Below, in pieces: positions 11,533 to 22,225 of a stretch of DNA of 64,000 bases. The position numbers and the translations under genes were made by a program. This DNA is from a bacterium (lineage in GTDB: Bacteria; Zhuqueibacterota; Zhuqueibacteria; Residuimicrobiales; Krinioviventaceae): assembly GCA_963693055.1 (NCBI GenBank), contig OY843751.1:32001-96000 (forward strand), read 5' to 3'. The notes below the pieces were generated by a model. It did not search any database. It saw only the letters and a list, made by a program, of their open reading frames with translations, and was not told where the DNA came from. How positions within the stretch are numbered: the first letter of the stretch is position 1; the number at the start of each line of letters is the position of its first letter.

Positions 11533-12876
11533 GCTTTCCTGCACCATAACAGCAAGTATACTACTCTTTTTCCATCGATAATAATCCCCCAACATCTCAT
11601 TGTGAAAAGGGCCCTCTTCTGAATGAACTGTTTTCCAGTCCGACCATTTGTTTGAAGCTTGTGTACCCATGATGACGAGTTTTCCATCTTTTTCAAAGAT
11701 CAGGTATGCGTTGTCAGCCTTGTCCATAAACAGTTTAGGACGGTTCCCCGCAATTCCGGGAAGCTCTGTTTGTTTCCACGTTCCATCTGCCATGCGCCAG
11801 TAATGAAAGTAGCGACGAGCTTCCGGTTTTCCCCATATGTGCTCACCCGGCTCGCTATCAGCAGCTTTTAGAGAGGCTTTAGTACAATGCCACATTACTG
11901 TATGAATACGTCCTTGTGAATCAACTGCCTGGCCATGGGTATTCATCAGTGCATATCTACGGTCAATTTTGAATACGGTTATACCCGGGGAATCAACTCT
12001 GGGAGGACCGTTAATGGCTTGGCCGGCATTGTTTAACCATGTGTTACCCCGATCTTTACTATAGACATAGATAAGGTCATGGTTTGCACCCTGGCTGCTT
12101 TCCCGCCAGACCCAGGTCGCATGCAAATATCCCTTTGGGCCATAGGTGTAGCCGTTTGGGTAGGAACAACGGGAATCGCTGGAACCCAGTGCATCTGTAA
12201 AAGTCCCTTTTGAAGAATCAATTTGATGTGTATTCTCCCACAACCCGGTTTGGGGATTATAATCCACCAACATTCGATCACCATTGCCCGACCCTCGTAG
12301 CCGATAACAGAATTGCAAATCACCATCGGGCGTTTGCCAGAATTGGGGATAGGTTATTTTAATTTTTTTGTTCTTTTCCAGTTCTGGCAGGATCGGACTA
12401 AAAAGAGAGGACTCCCATTAGGTTGTTTCAGGATTGTTGGCAATCCCCTTTTGGGAAATCCGGTAGTGCAGTAAATCTCCATGGTGGTCAAAAGCCATGT
12501 GAATCGTTCCGTCATTTGGGCAAATGCCAATAGAGATCGTATTGTGGGCGTCATTGCTCTTGAATTGATAATCATTGAAACGTATGGTCTCCCAGGGACC
12601 ACCCGGCAGTTTACGTCTGGCGATACAGACCTGCCGATAGCCATCATAGTAGCCTATATACTGGTAATCTTTGTGCGAAATAATTGCATCCTGCTGAAAA
12701 GAGCACCCGTTAATCGCATTTCCATACCTTGCCTCTCCGAACTTTTTGTCGCCAAGGTTCAGTGCATTTGCATCAACAAGCGAATTGTCTGCCTTTATGA
12801 CAAGAGATTCCGCCATTGCTGGTATTGACATCAAAGTGATTAGTATAGTCAAGTAGAAAAGGTTTCTAATTGTCAT
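11497..12876 (-). pseudogene. BNR-repeat (BNR_4-like) secreted protein interrupted by an in-frame TAA
   Basis: ORFs 12418-12876 and 11497-12318 share a frame; the 99 bp between are open (WESSLFSPIL...ITYPQFWQTPDG); DAHNTISIGI, HMAFDHH, SKDRGNTW Asp-box. Confidence 0.8.
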
Positions 12877-12909
12877 TCAATTCTCCATAGATAACGATCA
12901 AGCGGCCTG

Positions 12910-15276
12910 TCAAAATTTGACAATAGTGCTTTTACCTGTTGTGAGGTCCAATTGTTCAATTTTATTGCCGTATCTCACTATACAGGGTTTGCCTGCAAGT
13001 GAGTGAATGACCGCTTTCAAGAGCTTACCATCTCTCCATTCAATATCCACAACAAAGCCATCGCGCGCTTTTAATCCTTGAACTGACCCTGTTGCCCATT
13101 CCTGTGGTAATGCCGGCAGCAGATGTATTTCGTTTGCGTGGCTTTGGAGAAGCATCTCGGCTATTCCTGCCGAGCCGCCGAAATTGCCATCAATCTGAAA
13201 TACCCTGCCCGGCCAGCACGCATCCATCAGGTTTGGAAATCCATTGCGGCTGATCAGTCTATTGATATAGAAATGTGCCTGTTCCGGATCGCCAAGTCGC
13301 GCAAAGAAGCTTGTCTTCCATGCATTGCTCCAGCCGACATCTCCCCCAAATCCACGGCGGTCCAGTGTTTTGCGAGCAGCGGCAAACAGCTTTTCCTGTT
13401 TTGGTTGGATAGTAGAGAACGGATATAATCCCAGCAGGTGCGAGACATGCCGGTGCTTTGGATCTTGTTCTTGATAGTCTTTTATCCATTCCTGGATGGT
13501 GCCGTCCGCACTGATCATCATCGGCGGCAGTTTTTTCAAAGCAGTTTCCAGTTCACTCCTGAATGTTTGGTCAGTATTTAGGATTGTTGATCCACTGATT
13601 ACAGCATCGAACACCACCTTGACCAGAGTCATATGGTACGTTGATCCTCGTGTAATCCTTACAGGCTTTTTCGTCTCCGGGTGGATGTACTCGTTCTCTG
13701 GTGAAGTTGAAGGCACAATTACAAGATATCCGTCTTTATCTGTTCGCATATAATCTAAAAGGAACCTGGCCGCCCCTTTGAGGATTGGATAGGCCTTTTG
13801 TTTCAGGAATACCTCGTCCTGTGTAAATTCGTAATGACGCCACAACGTCATTGCCATCCATGCACCTGCAAGAGGATCCAGAAAACCATTTTGAAACTGT
13901 GAACCCGGATTTGATCCACTTCCCGTAGTTCTCCCAAAAGGATTTGTCGCTGTATATGATATCCAGCCATCCGAGCCATACAATGTTTTTGCCGAAACCT
14001 TTCCTTTCTCTGTCAAGAGTTCAAACCAGTCCACTAGTGGATCGATCGTTTCGGAAAGATTACAGAGATCAACCGGCCAATAATTCATTTGAAGATTGAT
14101 GTTGAGATGATAGTCTGATTCCCATGGGGCCCACATTTCTTCGTTCCAGAGCCCCTGTAGATTTAGAGGCAGCCGGCCCGGTCGGCGTGATCCGCTCATC
14201 AGCAGGTAACGACCGTACTGAAAGTACAATGTCACCAAGCCGGGATCATTCGTTCCTTCTTTTAACGCTGCGAGCCGTTTGTCCGTAGAAAGTTTGTTGT
14301 TTGCTGATGTCCCGAGATCAAGTTGTACCCGTTCCATAATCGGACGATGTTCTTTTTCGTGATCGGTTTTAACTTCTTTCCACGTTTTTTTTGCAGCTTT
14401 TTTTAGAATAGTGTCTGCTGTTTTGCCAGGGTCTATTGATCGGTCGAAATTCATTTTTTTGAGGTTATAATCCGTTGTCCCGGTAAACAACAATAGCGCT
14501 TCATCTGCTTTATCTATAATCAGCCTGTCGTTCTCTGCTCTGACAGTACCCCCCGTTGCTTTTACAATCAACCGGCCGGCGAATTTCATGTGTGGTCCAC
14601 CCGGTCCTGATCCGCCCGCATTGTCATCAAATGCCTCAGGTGCTTCAATATCTATTATCTGGCCGTCCATCTTTAATATATTGTTTTCTGTACTCAACTG
14701 CATATCCTTCTTTCGTGTCAACGTCACCGACGTACTGACAGCTCCGGTTTTGTCTGCAGAGAGTCTTATCGCAATCACATCATCAACAGCAGATATCAGA
14801 ATGTCACGTTTATAGGAAATGCCACCGGCCTTGTACTGAACAGTGGCAATACCGCTGATCAGATCCAGCTCGCGTTTATATTCTGTGATTTCCGGGGCGT
14901 GATGAAATTCCAGTTGCAGGTCGGCAAGCGGTTCATATGATCTGAACGATGTCGGTTTTTTAACCATCGTTTTGTGACCAAAGGCGCTGGCCTCTGCAAT
15001 TTTTCCTTCAAGGACCATATCCTGTAATTGTACAAGGTTCTCTTTGAAATTATCGGGATATGTGTCGAACGGCTCTCCAGCCCAAAGGCTTTCTTCGTTT
15101 AACTGAAGGCGCTCATTTAATACACCGCCAAAAACCATCGCTCCCATTCGCCCATTACCTAGAGGCAGGGCTTTTGCCCACTGGTTTGCCGGTTGTTCAT
15201 ACCATAGGATTGTTTCTGATCCGTAGGCAGAAATTAATGCAGCAAAGAGGATGGATATTAGAATATAGCGTTTCAC
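12910..15276 (-). CDS. GH95 alpha-L-fucosidase-family glycoside hydrolase
   Basis: ALPLGNGRMGAM, LQLNEESLW, FQYGRYLL, NLQGLW, NINLQMNYW, HRHVSHL, FQIDGNFG, EMLLQSH. Confidence 0.95.
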   Translation of the reverse strand: MKRYILISILFAALISAYGSETILWYEQPANQWAKALPLGNGRMGAMVFGGVLNERLQLNEESLWAGEPFDTYPDNFKENLVQLQDMVLEGKIAEASAFGHKTMVKKPTSFRSYEPLADLQLEFHHAPEITEYKRELDLISGIATVQYKAGGISYKRDILISAVDDVIAIRLSADKTGAVSTSVTLTRKKDMQLSTENNILKMDGQIIDIEAPEAFDDNAGGSGPGGPHMKFAGRLIVKATGGTVRAENDRLIIDKADEALLLFTGTTDYNLKKMNFDRSIDPGKTADTILKKAAKKTWKEVKTDHEKEHRPIMERVQLDLGTSANNKLSTDKRLAALKEGTNDPGLVTLYFQYGRYLLMSGSRRPGRLPLNLQGLWNEEMWAPWESDYHLNINLQMNYWPVDLCNLSETIDPLVDWFELLTEKGKVSAKTLYGSDGWISYTATNPFGRTTGSGSNPGSQFQNGFLDPLAGAWMAMTLWRHYEFTQDEVFLKQKAYPILKGAARFLLDYMRTDKDGYLVIVPSTSPENEYIHPETKKPVRITRGSTYHMTLVKVVFDAVISGSTILNTDQTFRSELETALKKLPPMMISADGTIQEWIKDYQEQDPKHRHVSHLLGLYPFSTIQPKQEKLFAAARKTLDRRGFGGDVGWSNAWKTSFFARLGDPEQAHFYINRLISRNGFPNLMDACWPGRVFQIDGNFGGSAGIAEMLLQSHANEIHLLPALPQEWATGSVQGLKARDGFVVDIEWRDGKLLKAVIHSLAGKPCIVRYGNKIEQLDLTTGKSTIVKF

Positions 15277-15347
15277 GGTATTGTCCTTTCAGTGTTTTTT
15301 TGCCAGGCATCATAAGGTGCATGGCAAATATCAAGTAGAAATGTTTT

Positions 15348-16802
15348 TTATTCCTTTACATCAACTATCACCCGCTGATAGCGAGTTAACCTCGGGGTGC
15401 CATGATCAGTGACAGCCAGGATGATATGCATAGTACCGGTGCCCGGCGGCATGACCCTGCTTGCAGGCACGGTAAACGATGCCTGCGGTTGGTCAAAATT
15501 TTGGATTGCTATCGGCTGTCCGGTACGCGCGCTTGATGCCGGAAAGGTGCCCGCTTCGTTATAGTAAAACCAGTTGTACGACAGCGCGTCACCGTCAGGG
15601 TCGCTGCAGTTTGTTGCAGCGAGTTTTATGACATCACCCTTTTTTGCGATCATTTGCGCGGGGTGGTCCAGTTTTACGATTGGGGGATGATTGGCCTCAG
15701 CATAAGGCTTGATGGTCCAGTCCATTCTTGCCGCAAAATCATTCTGATACGCTTCACGCCAGCGCCAGATGGTAGCGTGATTGTCGGTGTGCCAGCGGTT
15801 ATCAATGCCCAAAACTTCGTCATCCGCATCGGTCCAAAAGGGACGCGTTTCGGGATAGAGAAACCATTTTTGAATGCGTGGTGTGTAAAGCTCATAGCGA
15901 CCGCCCCAGCCGCCCCAGTTGGGATGCTCGGCATCGCTCAGGCCATTGTTGACAAGATTGAGAAATGACGGCGTATCACCTTCCATCAGGAATTCCCATA
16001 AAGGATACTCGGCGCCCAGGGGGCCTTTGCGCCGGATGTTGCGGTCCAGCCATTCGTTGGTCACCAGCATAAAGTCCGCACCTGAGAATCGACCGTGAAA
16101 ATAGTCGCCGCTGATCCCGCTCCAGGTTGCGTGATGGTACGCACCGCCGGCGTTGAATCCGGGACTCGCAATATAGAACAGATTGGGGAATTCCTTGCGC
16201 AGCCAGGGACCGCTATTATCCTGATCGGATATGGTATATACTCTTAATTTAGCAACAAATTTGTCCAGTTCTTTTGCGGAGCGGGTTTCCCGCACTTTCC
16301 ACAATGCCTGTGCGAGCACATTGGGTCCGCCCCAGACCGTCACCCAGAGAGGACGCGGATCGTCACGGTCCACGGCTTTGATCAGCATTTCAGAACCGGG
16401 CGAGTCTTTGCCCTTGCCCACAGCATCAATGCCGTATTCCGGCAGTCCTTCGCTAACCACGGACAAGAGCTGTTCATCCGTAGGGTAACCGGGCTCGTGC
16501 AGTTCCAGGTTGTCACGGACCTTGCCATATGCTTCAACAATCCTGCGGATGCGCTGCGGCGCGGTACGGTTTTGCTGGTGAATGGATGTAGTAGCAATCA
16601 ACCCTTCGATATCGAATTGATTGGCATAGGTGAGAAACCGCACCATGGACATGGCATCATCGGGTTCGTTTTCAATATCGGTCAAAACAAATACCCGAGG
16701 TTTTTCTGCGGCGGTTGCAAGAGTGCTGAAAAAAATGAAAATAAAAGTGAAAAATATTGTTCTCTTTTTGAAAATTAAATCAATCATAAGTATATCCTCC
16801 AT
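15348..16802 (-). CDS. DUF1593 family (nucleoside hydrolase-like) secreted protein
   Basis: [51 protein letters not shown]. Confidence 0.88.
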   Translation of the reverse strand: MEDILMIDLIFKKRTIFFTFIFIFFSTLATAAEKPRVFVLTDIENEPDDAMSMVRFLTYANQFDIEGLIATTSIHQQNRTAPQRIRRIVEAYGKVRDNLELHEPGYPTDEQLLSVVSEGLPEYGIDAVGKGKDSPGSEMLIKAVDRDDPRPLWVTVWGGPNVLAQALWKVRETRSAKELDKFVAKLRVYTISDQDNSGPWLRKEFPNLFYIASPGFNAGGAYHHATWSGISGDYFHGRFSGADFMLVTNEWLDRNIRRKGPLGAEYPLWEFLMEGDTPSFLNLVNNGLSDAEHPNWGGWGGRYELYTPRIQKWFLYPETRPFWTDADDEVLGIDNRWHTDNHATIWRWREAYQNDFAARMDWTIKPYAEANHPPIVKLDHPAQMIAKKGDVIKLAATNCSDPDGDALSYNWFYYNEAGTFPASSARTGQPIAIQNFDQPQASFTVPASRVMPPGTGTMHIILAVTDHGTPRLTRYQRVIVDVKE

Positions 16803-16903
16803 TTACTACAGGTGATTGGGATATTTTTGTATAATGAATATAATATGTTGATGGGTGGACACATGGGCCCGCCCTTGCAATACATTTTCGACAAAATGAT
16901 TTA

Positions 16904-18355
16904 TCAATCCATTGCAATGGGTTTGGGGCTGACTACAATGCCGGCGTGACGGACCTGTTCGCCGGGGCGGTCCTTGTCGCCCAAATCACGCCTGGCCCTT
17001 TCAGCAATGTCTAATAGTATTTCAACAACATCGGGATGCTGTTCTGCGATGTTGTTGCTTTCGGCAATATCTTCTTCCAGATTATAAAGTTCCAGTTCCG
17101 ACGGGACGGTATCAAGAAGGTGCACTGCTTTGTATTTATTTTCAAGGGGCAGGTGCAGTTTCCAGGGACCGGAGCGCAGGGCCTGAAGCTGGTCTTTTTG
17201 ATAATAGTAAAATACCTGGTGCGGAGTTCTTGCTCCCGGATTGCCAAAGATGAGGGAATGGATGTCTTTACCATCGATGATCCTGTCCTGCGGTGGTGTA
17301 GTGCCCGATAGTGTGCATAGAGTTGGAAGCAGGTCCATGGTAGAGGTTAATTCATTACACTCGCGGTTTTGCGGGATTTTACCTGTCCATTTCATAATAC
17401 AGGGAACGCGCATGCCTCCCTCCAGGGTACTGCCTTTCCAGCCTTTTAGTGGCAGATTATTACCGCCATAACTGGGAGACGCACCATTATCCGAAGTAAA
17501 GAAAACCAGGGTGTTTTCATCCAAACCCAATTCTTTCAAGGTGTTTAGGATCTGTCCGGTTGACCAGTCGATCTCTTCAACGGCGTCACCGTATCCATTG
17601 TTGGCGGATTTCCCCTGAAAGGCTTTACTGGCATGTACGGGATTATGCGGCATGGCGTGCGGCAGGTACAGGAAAAAAGGATTGTCTTTGTTTTTGTTAA
17701 TAAATTCTATGGCCTTTTCCGTATAACGTTTGGTGATGGTATTCTGGTCCACCGGTGCCTCTATTACCTTTTCATTCAGCATGAGGGGGAGTGGCGGATT
17801 GATATTAAACTGTTGCGAACCCATGTCGTTACTGTAGGGAATACCATAATAAAGATCGAATCCCTGTTTTGTTGGCAGGAATTCGGGCTGGTCTCCCAGA
17901 TGCCACTTGCCGATGCAGGCAGTGGCGTATCCCTTGGGTTTAAGCAGCTCGGCAATGGTGATCTCGTTGGGATTGAGTCCCTTTTTGGCAACCGGGAACA
18001 GGACCTGGCGCATTTTGTTTTTCCCAACCGGTTCGGCGTTCATGTTCATATCCACGCGCTGTGAATAGCAACCGGTCATTAAACTGGAGCGGGAGGGAGA
18101 ACACACACCGCTGGAGACATAAAAACTGGTGAATTTGGTACCGGCCTTTGCCATGGCATCGAGATTGGGGGTACGATGCAGTTTAGAGCCAAAGCAGCCC
18201 ACGTCCCCGTAACCCAGATCATCGCAAAAGATTATGATGAAATTCGGCAGTTTGGGTGATTGGGTTATACAATGAGCAGATAATAGAGACCCACCAATAC
18301 ATCCGGCACTTAGGGATTTGAGAAATGACCTGCGGGAAGTGATTGCATTTGGCAT
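16904..18355 (-). CDS. Tat-exported sulfatase (formylglycine, Cys-type)
   Basis: SRRSFLK Tat motif; DDLGYGD, CSPSR, GKWHLG, FTSDNG. Confidence 0.95.
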   Translation of the reverse strand: MPNAITSRRSFLKSLSAGCIGGSLLSAHCITQSPKLPNFIIIFCDDLGYGDVGCFGSKLHRTPNLDAMAKAGTKFTSFYVSSGVCSPSRSSLMTGCYSQRVDMNMNAEPVGKNKMRQVLFPVAKKGLNPNEITIAELLKPKGYATACIGKWHLGDQPEFLPTKQGFDLYYGIPYSNDMGSQQFNINPPLPLMLNEKVIEAPVDQNTITKRYTEKAIEFINKNKDNPFFLYLPHAMPHNPVHASKAFQGKSANNGYGDAVEEIDWSTGQILNTLKELGLDENTLVFFTSDNGASPSYGGNNLPLKGWKGSTLEGGMRVPCIMKWTGKIPQNRECNELTSTMDLLPTLCTLSGTTPPQDRIIDGKDIHSLIFGNPGARTPHQVFYYYQKDQLQALRSGPWKLHLPLENKYKAVHLLDTVPSELELYNLEEDIAESNNIAEQHPDVVEILLDIAERARRDLGDKDRPGEQVRHAGIVVSPKPIAMD

Positions 18356-18449
18356 GGGAAAATCCTTATATTATTGTATCCATTTGGATATATTAACATA
18401 TTGTTTCAGAACCTAAAATGCAATGAAATAGTGAAAAAAGGAGCCTGAT

Positions 18450-19217
18450 TTGAAATCGCGTCCATATATACTCAAAGAAGTGCAGTACAAGACTGTAAAA
18501 GCAACGGATTACAATGTTGCTATTTTACCATGGGGTGCCACCGAGGCGCACAATCTCCATTTACCCTATGGTACCGATGTGATTGAAAGCGAGTACATTT
18601 GCGCCGAAGCCGCACGCATAGCCTGGGATGCCGGAGCCAAAGTGATGGTGTTACCGGCTGTGCCCTTTGGTGTGAATACCGGTCAACTGGATATCCCCTT
18701 TGATATCAACATGAATCCTTCAACGCAAATGGCAGTGCTATATGATATTCTCGTATCGCTGGCGAATCAACAAATCCCCAAGGTGGTGATTGTAAACAGT
18801 CATGGCGGTAATGATTTTAAACAGATAATACGAGAGCTGCAGCCGCGTCTGCCAGAAATGTTTATTACCATGCTGAGCTGGTACAAGATTCTGGATCTTG
18901 AAGATTATTTTGACGATACCGGCGACCACGGTTCAGAACTGGAGACCAGCATCATGATGCAGATGGCGCCGGATCTGATTTTGCCATTGGAAGAGGCCGG
19001 AGACGGCAATGCCAAACAGTTCAAGTTCAAAGCAATGCAAGAGGGCTGGGCCTGGGCACAACGGGAGTGGTCAGAAGTGACCGAGGACACGGGTATCGGC
19101 AATCCGAAAAAAGCCACGCTTGAAAAAGGCCAGCGCTACCTGAACGACCTGCTGCCCAAGATCGCTGAATATTTCATCGAGCTGGATGCATGCAAGTTTG
19201 ACGAATGGTATGAGTGA
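18450..19217 (+). CDS. Creatininase family protein
   Basis: LPWGATEAHNLHLPYGTD, NSHGGN, HGSELETS. Confidence 0.9.
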   Translation: MKSRPYILKEVQYKTVKATDYNVAILPWGATEAHNLHLPYGTDVIESEYICAEAARIAWDAGAKVMVLPAVPFGVNTGQLDIPFDINMNPSTQMAVLYDILVSLANQQIPKVVIVNSHGGNDFKQIIRELQPRLPEMFITMLSWYKILDLEDYFDDTGDHGSELETSIMMQMAPDLILPLEEAGDGNAKQFKFKAMQEGWAWAQREWSEVTEDTGIGNPKKATLEKGQRYLNDLLPKIAEYFIELDACKFDEWYE

Positions 19218-19258
19218 TTTTTGTCTGAATCAAGATGGATGAGATTAAGATAGTGATT

Positions 19259-19357
19259 TGCCCGGCACCTCCAAGGTGCCGGGCAAATGTATCGAAAGAC
19301 AGGAATGTGTTTATTTATCCGCGTTTATCTGCGTGCATCGAGCAAAGCGGGCGGTTA
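19259..19357. repeat. REP-like palindrome cluster between convergent genes
   Basis: TGCCCGGCACCT-CCA-AGGTGCCGGGCA, followed by an ATCCGCGTTTATCTGCGTGCATC-type repeat; relatives at 34472 and 34935. Confidence 0.65.
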
Positions 19358-19367
19358 ATTTTTTGCT

Positions 19368-20618
19368 TTACGCCATCAAATTCAGTTTAACAATATGCAA
19401 CTGCCGGGTACCGTCGCTGGCAATACCGTCAAAGCAGATCTGGTTGCCGCTGCGGTTCCAGCGGGGGTGTAGATCGCAGCGCAGGTCTCCTCTGAAAAAG
19501 AGACGCTCACGCATGTTGATGCGCCCCATTTCAATAAACTCGCGGGTTTCGAGATTGTAGAGATTAATGGATTTCTCCAGAGTTTCATCCAGATTGCGGT
19601 CGGTCACCATCCAGTTTTTATCGGGACCAAAGGAGCAGTGCCCATCAAAGTCCAGCATACCACCACCAAGGTGTTCAAAATGGTTATCCCCGTCTGTTAA
19701 GAGAAAATGCGCCCTTCCCGGAGTATTGTGAATAAACGTGGCCACAATTTCGGTATCATTGCGCCAGTCAAAATGGGAAACGCTAGAGCCATAAGGCACC
19801 ACCTCGGTGAGGTTGCCGCCGTCCGTATCCGCGGCAAACATGCCGGTTTCGAGTCTGCCATTGTCTTGTCGGATGCGCGCCAGAAAAAAGAAGCGGGTGT
19901 CTGAGGGATTAAAAACCACATGATTGAACCACAAGTGTTTTTCTTTCAGCTCCGGATGTTTAGGCACCAGCATCTCGTACACCTGTTTAATGGAAACGAT
20001 CAGCTTTGTTTTACCGGTTTCAAGGTCCATCAGAAAAACACCGTCATTGTCCGGATGCGGATCGTTGGGATTCGGATCTATTGTTCCCGCGTAACCCACC
20101 ACTTTGCGCAAACGGCCCATTCGTCCATAAGTGAGGCAAAGGGCGTGTTTGCCCTGGTGTCCCATTGCGTTAACAGGGCGGGGTAAAACCTGGCGTTTTG
20201 ATGTGTGCAGATCATAGAATACAGAGACCAGTTCGCCCTTTTCTCGGTCGTTGAACAGGATTTTTGAATTGAGATGTGCGGGATGCCAGTACATCATTGC
20301 ACCCTGTTGAAAGTTCCATGCGTGGGTTTGCGTGACAGGAGAAAACGCGCCGGTTTTGGCATCTACCAAACCTATAACGGCGGCATCTTGAGGCTCTGGC
20401 ATATGGTCCTGAAAGGAACTCTGTAATGACAGTATTTGTGACTCTTTGCCGTTCCAGGGACAGATGCCATAATACCCGAAAAAATGGTTCTGTGGACCCG
20501 AGGTGAGTGTAGATATGGAATACCTGGGTCCTGTTTCAGTTTCAGGTGATGTACAACGCATAACTCCTCCCGACAATGCAGCCATAGCTGCAGTTTGGAT
20601 GAACTGGCGTCTTTTCAT
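19368..20618 (-). CDS. Tat-exported beta-propeller protein (oligogalacturonate lyase-like)
   Basis: KRRQFIQ Tat motif; HFFGYY, AWNFQQG, NHVVFNP, SHFDW, DGHCSF, RCDLHPRW. Confidence 0.7.
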   Translation of the reverse strand: MKRRQFIQTAAMAALSGGVMRCTSPETETGPRYSISTLTSGPQNHFFGYYGICPWNGKESQILSLQSSFQDHMPEPQDAAVIGLVDAKTGAFSPVTQTHAWNFQQGAMMYWHPAHLNSKILFNDREKGELVSVFYDLHTSKRQVLPRPVNAMGHQGKHALCLTYGRMGRLRKVVGYAGTIDPNPNDPHPDNDGVFLMDLETGKTKLIVSIKQVYEMLVPKHPELKEKHLWFNHVVFNPSDTRFFFLARIRQDNGRLETGMFAADTDGGNLTEVVPYGSSVSHFDWRNDTEIVATFIHNTPGRAHFLLTDGDNHFEHLGGGMLDFDGHCSFGPDKNWMVTDRNLDETLEKSINLYNLETREFIEMGRINMRERLFFRGDLRCDLHPRWNRSGNQICFDGIASDGTRQLHIVKLNLMA

Positions 20619-20631
20619 GTCTGGCTCCGTT

Positions 20632-21324
20632 TTAGTAATTTTTTTTCAGCAAGGGTCCCACAATACTGTTCCAAAGTTCATACCCCTTTTCATTCAGGTG
20701 CAGTCCGTCATCCATAAACAGGTCCTGCATGGGTTTACCGTCTTTGCCAAACATGGGAGTAGCAATATCAACATAATACAGTGATTTAGACTCGTCCGAA
20801 TAGTCTTTAATCATTTTGTTGGTGGTTTCCATTGTTGGCCACATGTCCCATCGGGCGATACTGGGTTTAATGGGAACGTAAACGATCTTGGTTTTGGGGA
20901 ACTTTTTGTGCACGGTTTCTACAAAGGTTTTGTAATCGCTCAGTACCTGTTCAGGTGATTTTTTACCGGCAATATCATTGTCTCCGCAATAAAACACAAT
21001 GATTTTAGGACTGTATTTCATTACGACATCGTAGATGAAAAAGTTGACATCTGAAATATGCGCGCCTCCAAATCCACGATTAATGATGGGCAAGTCGGGA
21101 AATGCATCGTGACTCATCCACATACGGATGCTGGAACTGCCCGCGAACAAGATGGGGTCCTCGGGGAATGCGTTTTTTTGATCGTATTTGATAAAGGATT
21201 GAATGGCATCATCAAACCGATGGGGATCGGGATTTTCGACGGGAGTAAAGGCAAAAGATTGAAATGCCAGAAAGATAACGAGTAAAAGAGTAAAGAGCTT
21301 GAGCTTTTTCATTGTGTGCTCCAT
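20632..21324 (-). CDS. SGNH/GDSL lipase-esterase
   Basis: GSSS, NRGFGG, GDND, DGLH; signal peptide. Confidence 0.9.
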   Translation of the reverse strand: MEHTMKKLKLFTLLLVIFLAFQSFAFTPVENPDPHRFDDAIQSFIKYDQKNAFPEDPILFAGSSSIRMWMSHDAFPDLPIINRGFGGAHISDVNFFIYDVVMKYSPKIIVFYCGDNDIAGKKSPEQVLSDYKTFVETVHKKFPKTKIVYVPIKPSIARWDMWPTMETTNKMIKDYSDESKSLYYVDIATPMFGKDGKPMQDLFMDDGLHLNEKGYELWNSIVGPLLKKNY

Positions 21325-21433
21325 TTTGATTCAATTTTATAAAAAAAGATAATAATTAAATCAATTGGATGAAACAGAAAAATATTTAATCTGTTTATGC
21401 TTATTGTTTAAAGCTGATTTTTGAGTATCAGGA

Positions 21434-21985
21434 TCAGCGGGAAAGGTGATAACCCACAGTTGCACAGGTTTGAGGTATGATCAACATTGGAATAATATTT
21501 TCAGTAGTTACACTTGCTTGTACTCCGACAGCAGTACCAATAATAGAAGAAAGAATTGTAACGGCGAGAGAGCCATCCAGTCCATTGCGTTGGCCGATTT
21601 TATATACTCCGGCAGTCATTCCTGTTATGTACCCCAATCCACCGCCAAAAACCAGGCTTGCCAGACCAGGAAATTCATTTTGTTTGCTTCGGCTTTCAAT
21701 GATCAGTCCCACACCTGTTCCTACACATCCGCACAAGAAACCGATGATGGGGCTGGAAATAACCTGTTTGGAAAAAGTTTCGTCAATATTTTTATTTTGT
21801 TCAGATATCGCCGTTGTTGTATTTTCAATCGAAACAGATTATACATAGGAAAGATTGTTATCCGGATTAACAAAAACCAGATTGTTTGATCGGTTTAGAA
21901 CAGAGCTGTTAACCTGTGCTGTTAAAAATGCAGGAAATGATAAAAATATTAATACGGGCAATGCGCTAAAAAGAGTTCGGTTCAT
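21434..21985 (-). pseudogene. Exported/membrane hypothetical protein interrupted by an in-frame TAA (21839-21841)
   Basis: ATG 21985 (MNRTLFSALPVLIFLSF...) is in frame with ORF 21434-21736; a single stop lies between; Gly-rich hydrophobic C-terminal half. Confidence 0.65.
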
Positions 21986-22053
21986 ATTCTCTCTTTGATT
22001 GTTTGTTTGGGAAAGCGTAATAATATAAACGATTGACAGGTAATATACAAAGT

Positions 22054-22085
22054 AAAAAAGCCCTTACGAGAACTCGCAAGGGCTT
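22054..22085 (-). terminator. Intrinsic terminator
   Basis: Minus strand AAGCCCTTGCGAG-TT-CTCGTAAGGGCTTTTTT. Confidence 0.75.
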
Positions 22086-22225
22086 GAAAATTTCTATGTC
22101 TTTGGTGATTAGTCTGAGGAAAGTTTGAATACGTTACCGTCTTTCCATTTTATTGAGATTAGATGGCGAAACTTGTAGGCGAATACAGCCGCAGGAATAA
22201 TAGTAATCGCTTTATAAAATATCCT

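Noticed and set aside
11340-11696. 118-aa ORF overlapping the BNR tail
   Set aside because: Alternative frame across the gene end and the 108-bp repeat; no start context.
12418-21841. Stop-codon reassignment to explain the two in-frame TAA codons
   Set aside because: TAA terminates many intact genes here (secD, secF, dnaX, ybaB), so nonsense mutations or base errors are simpler.
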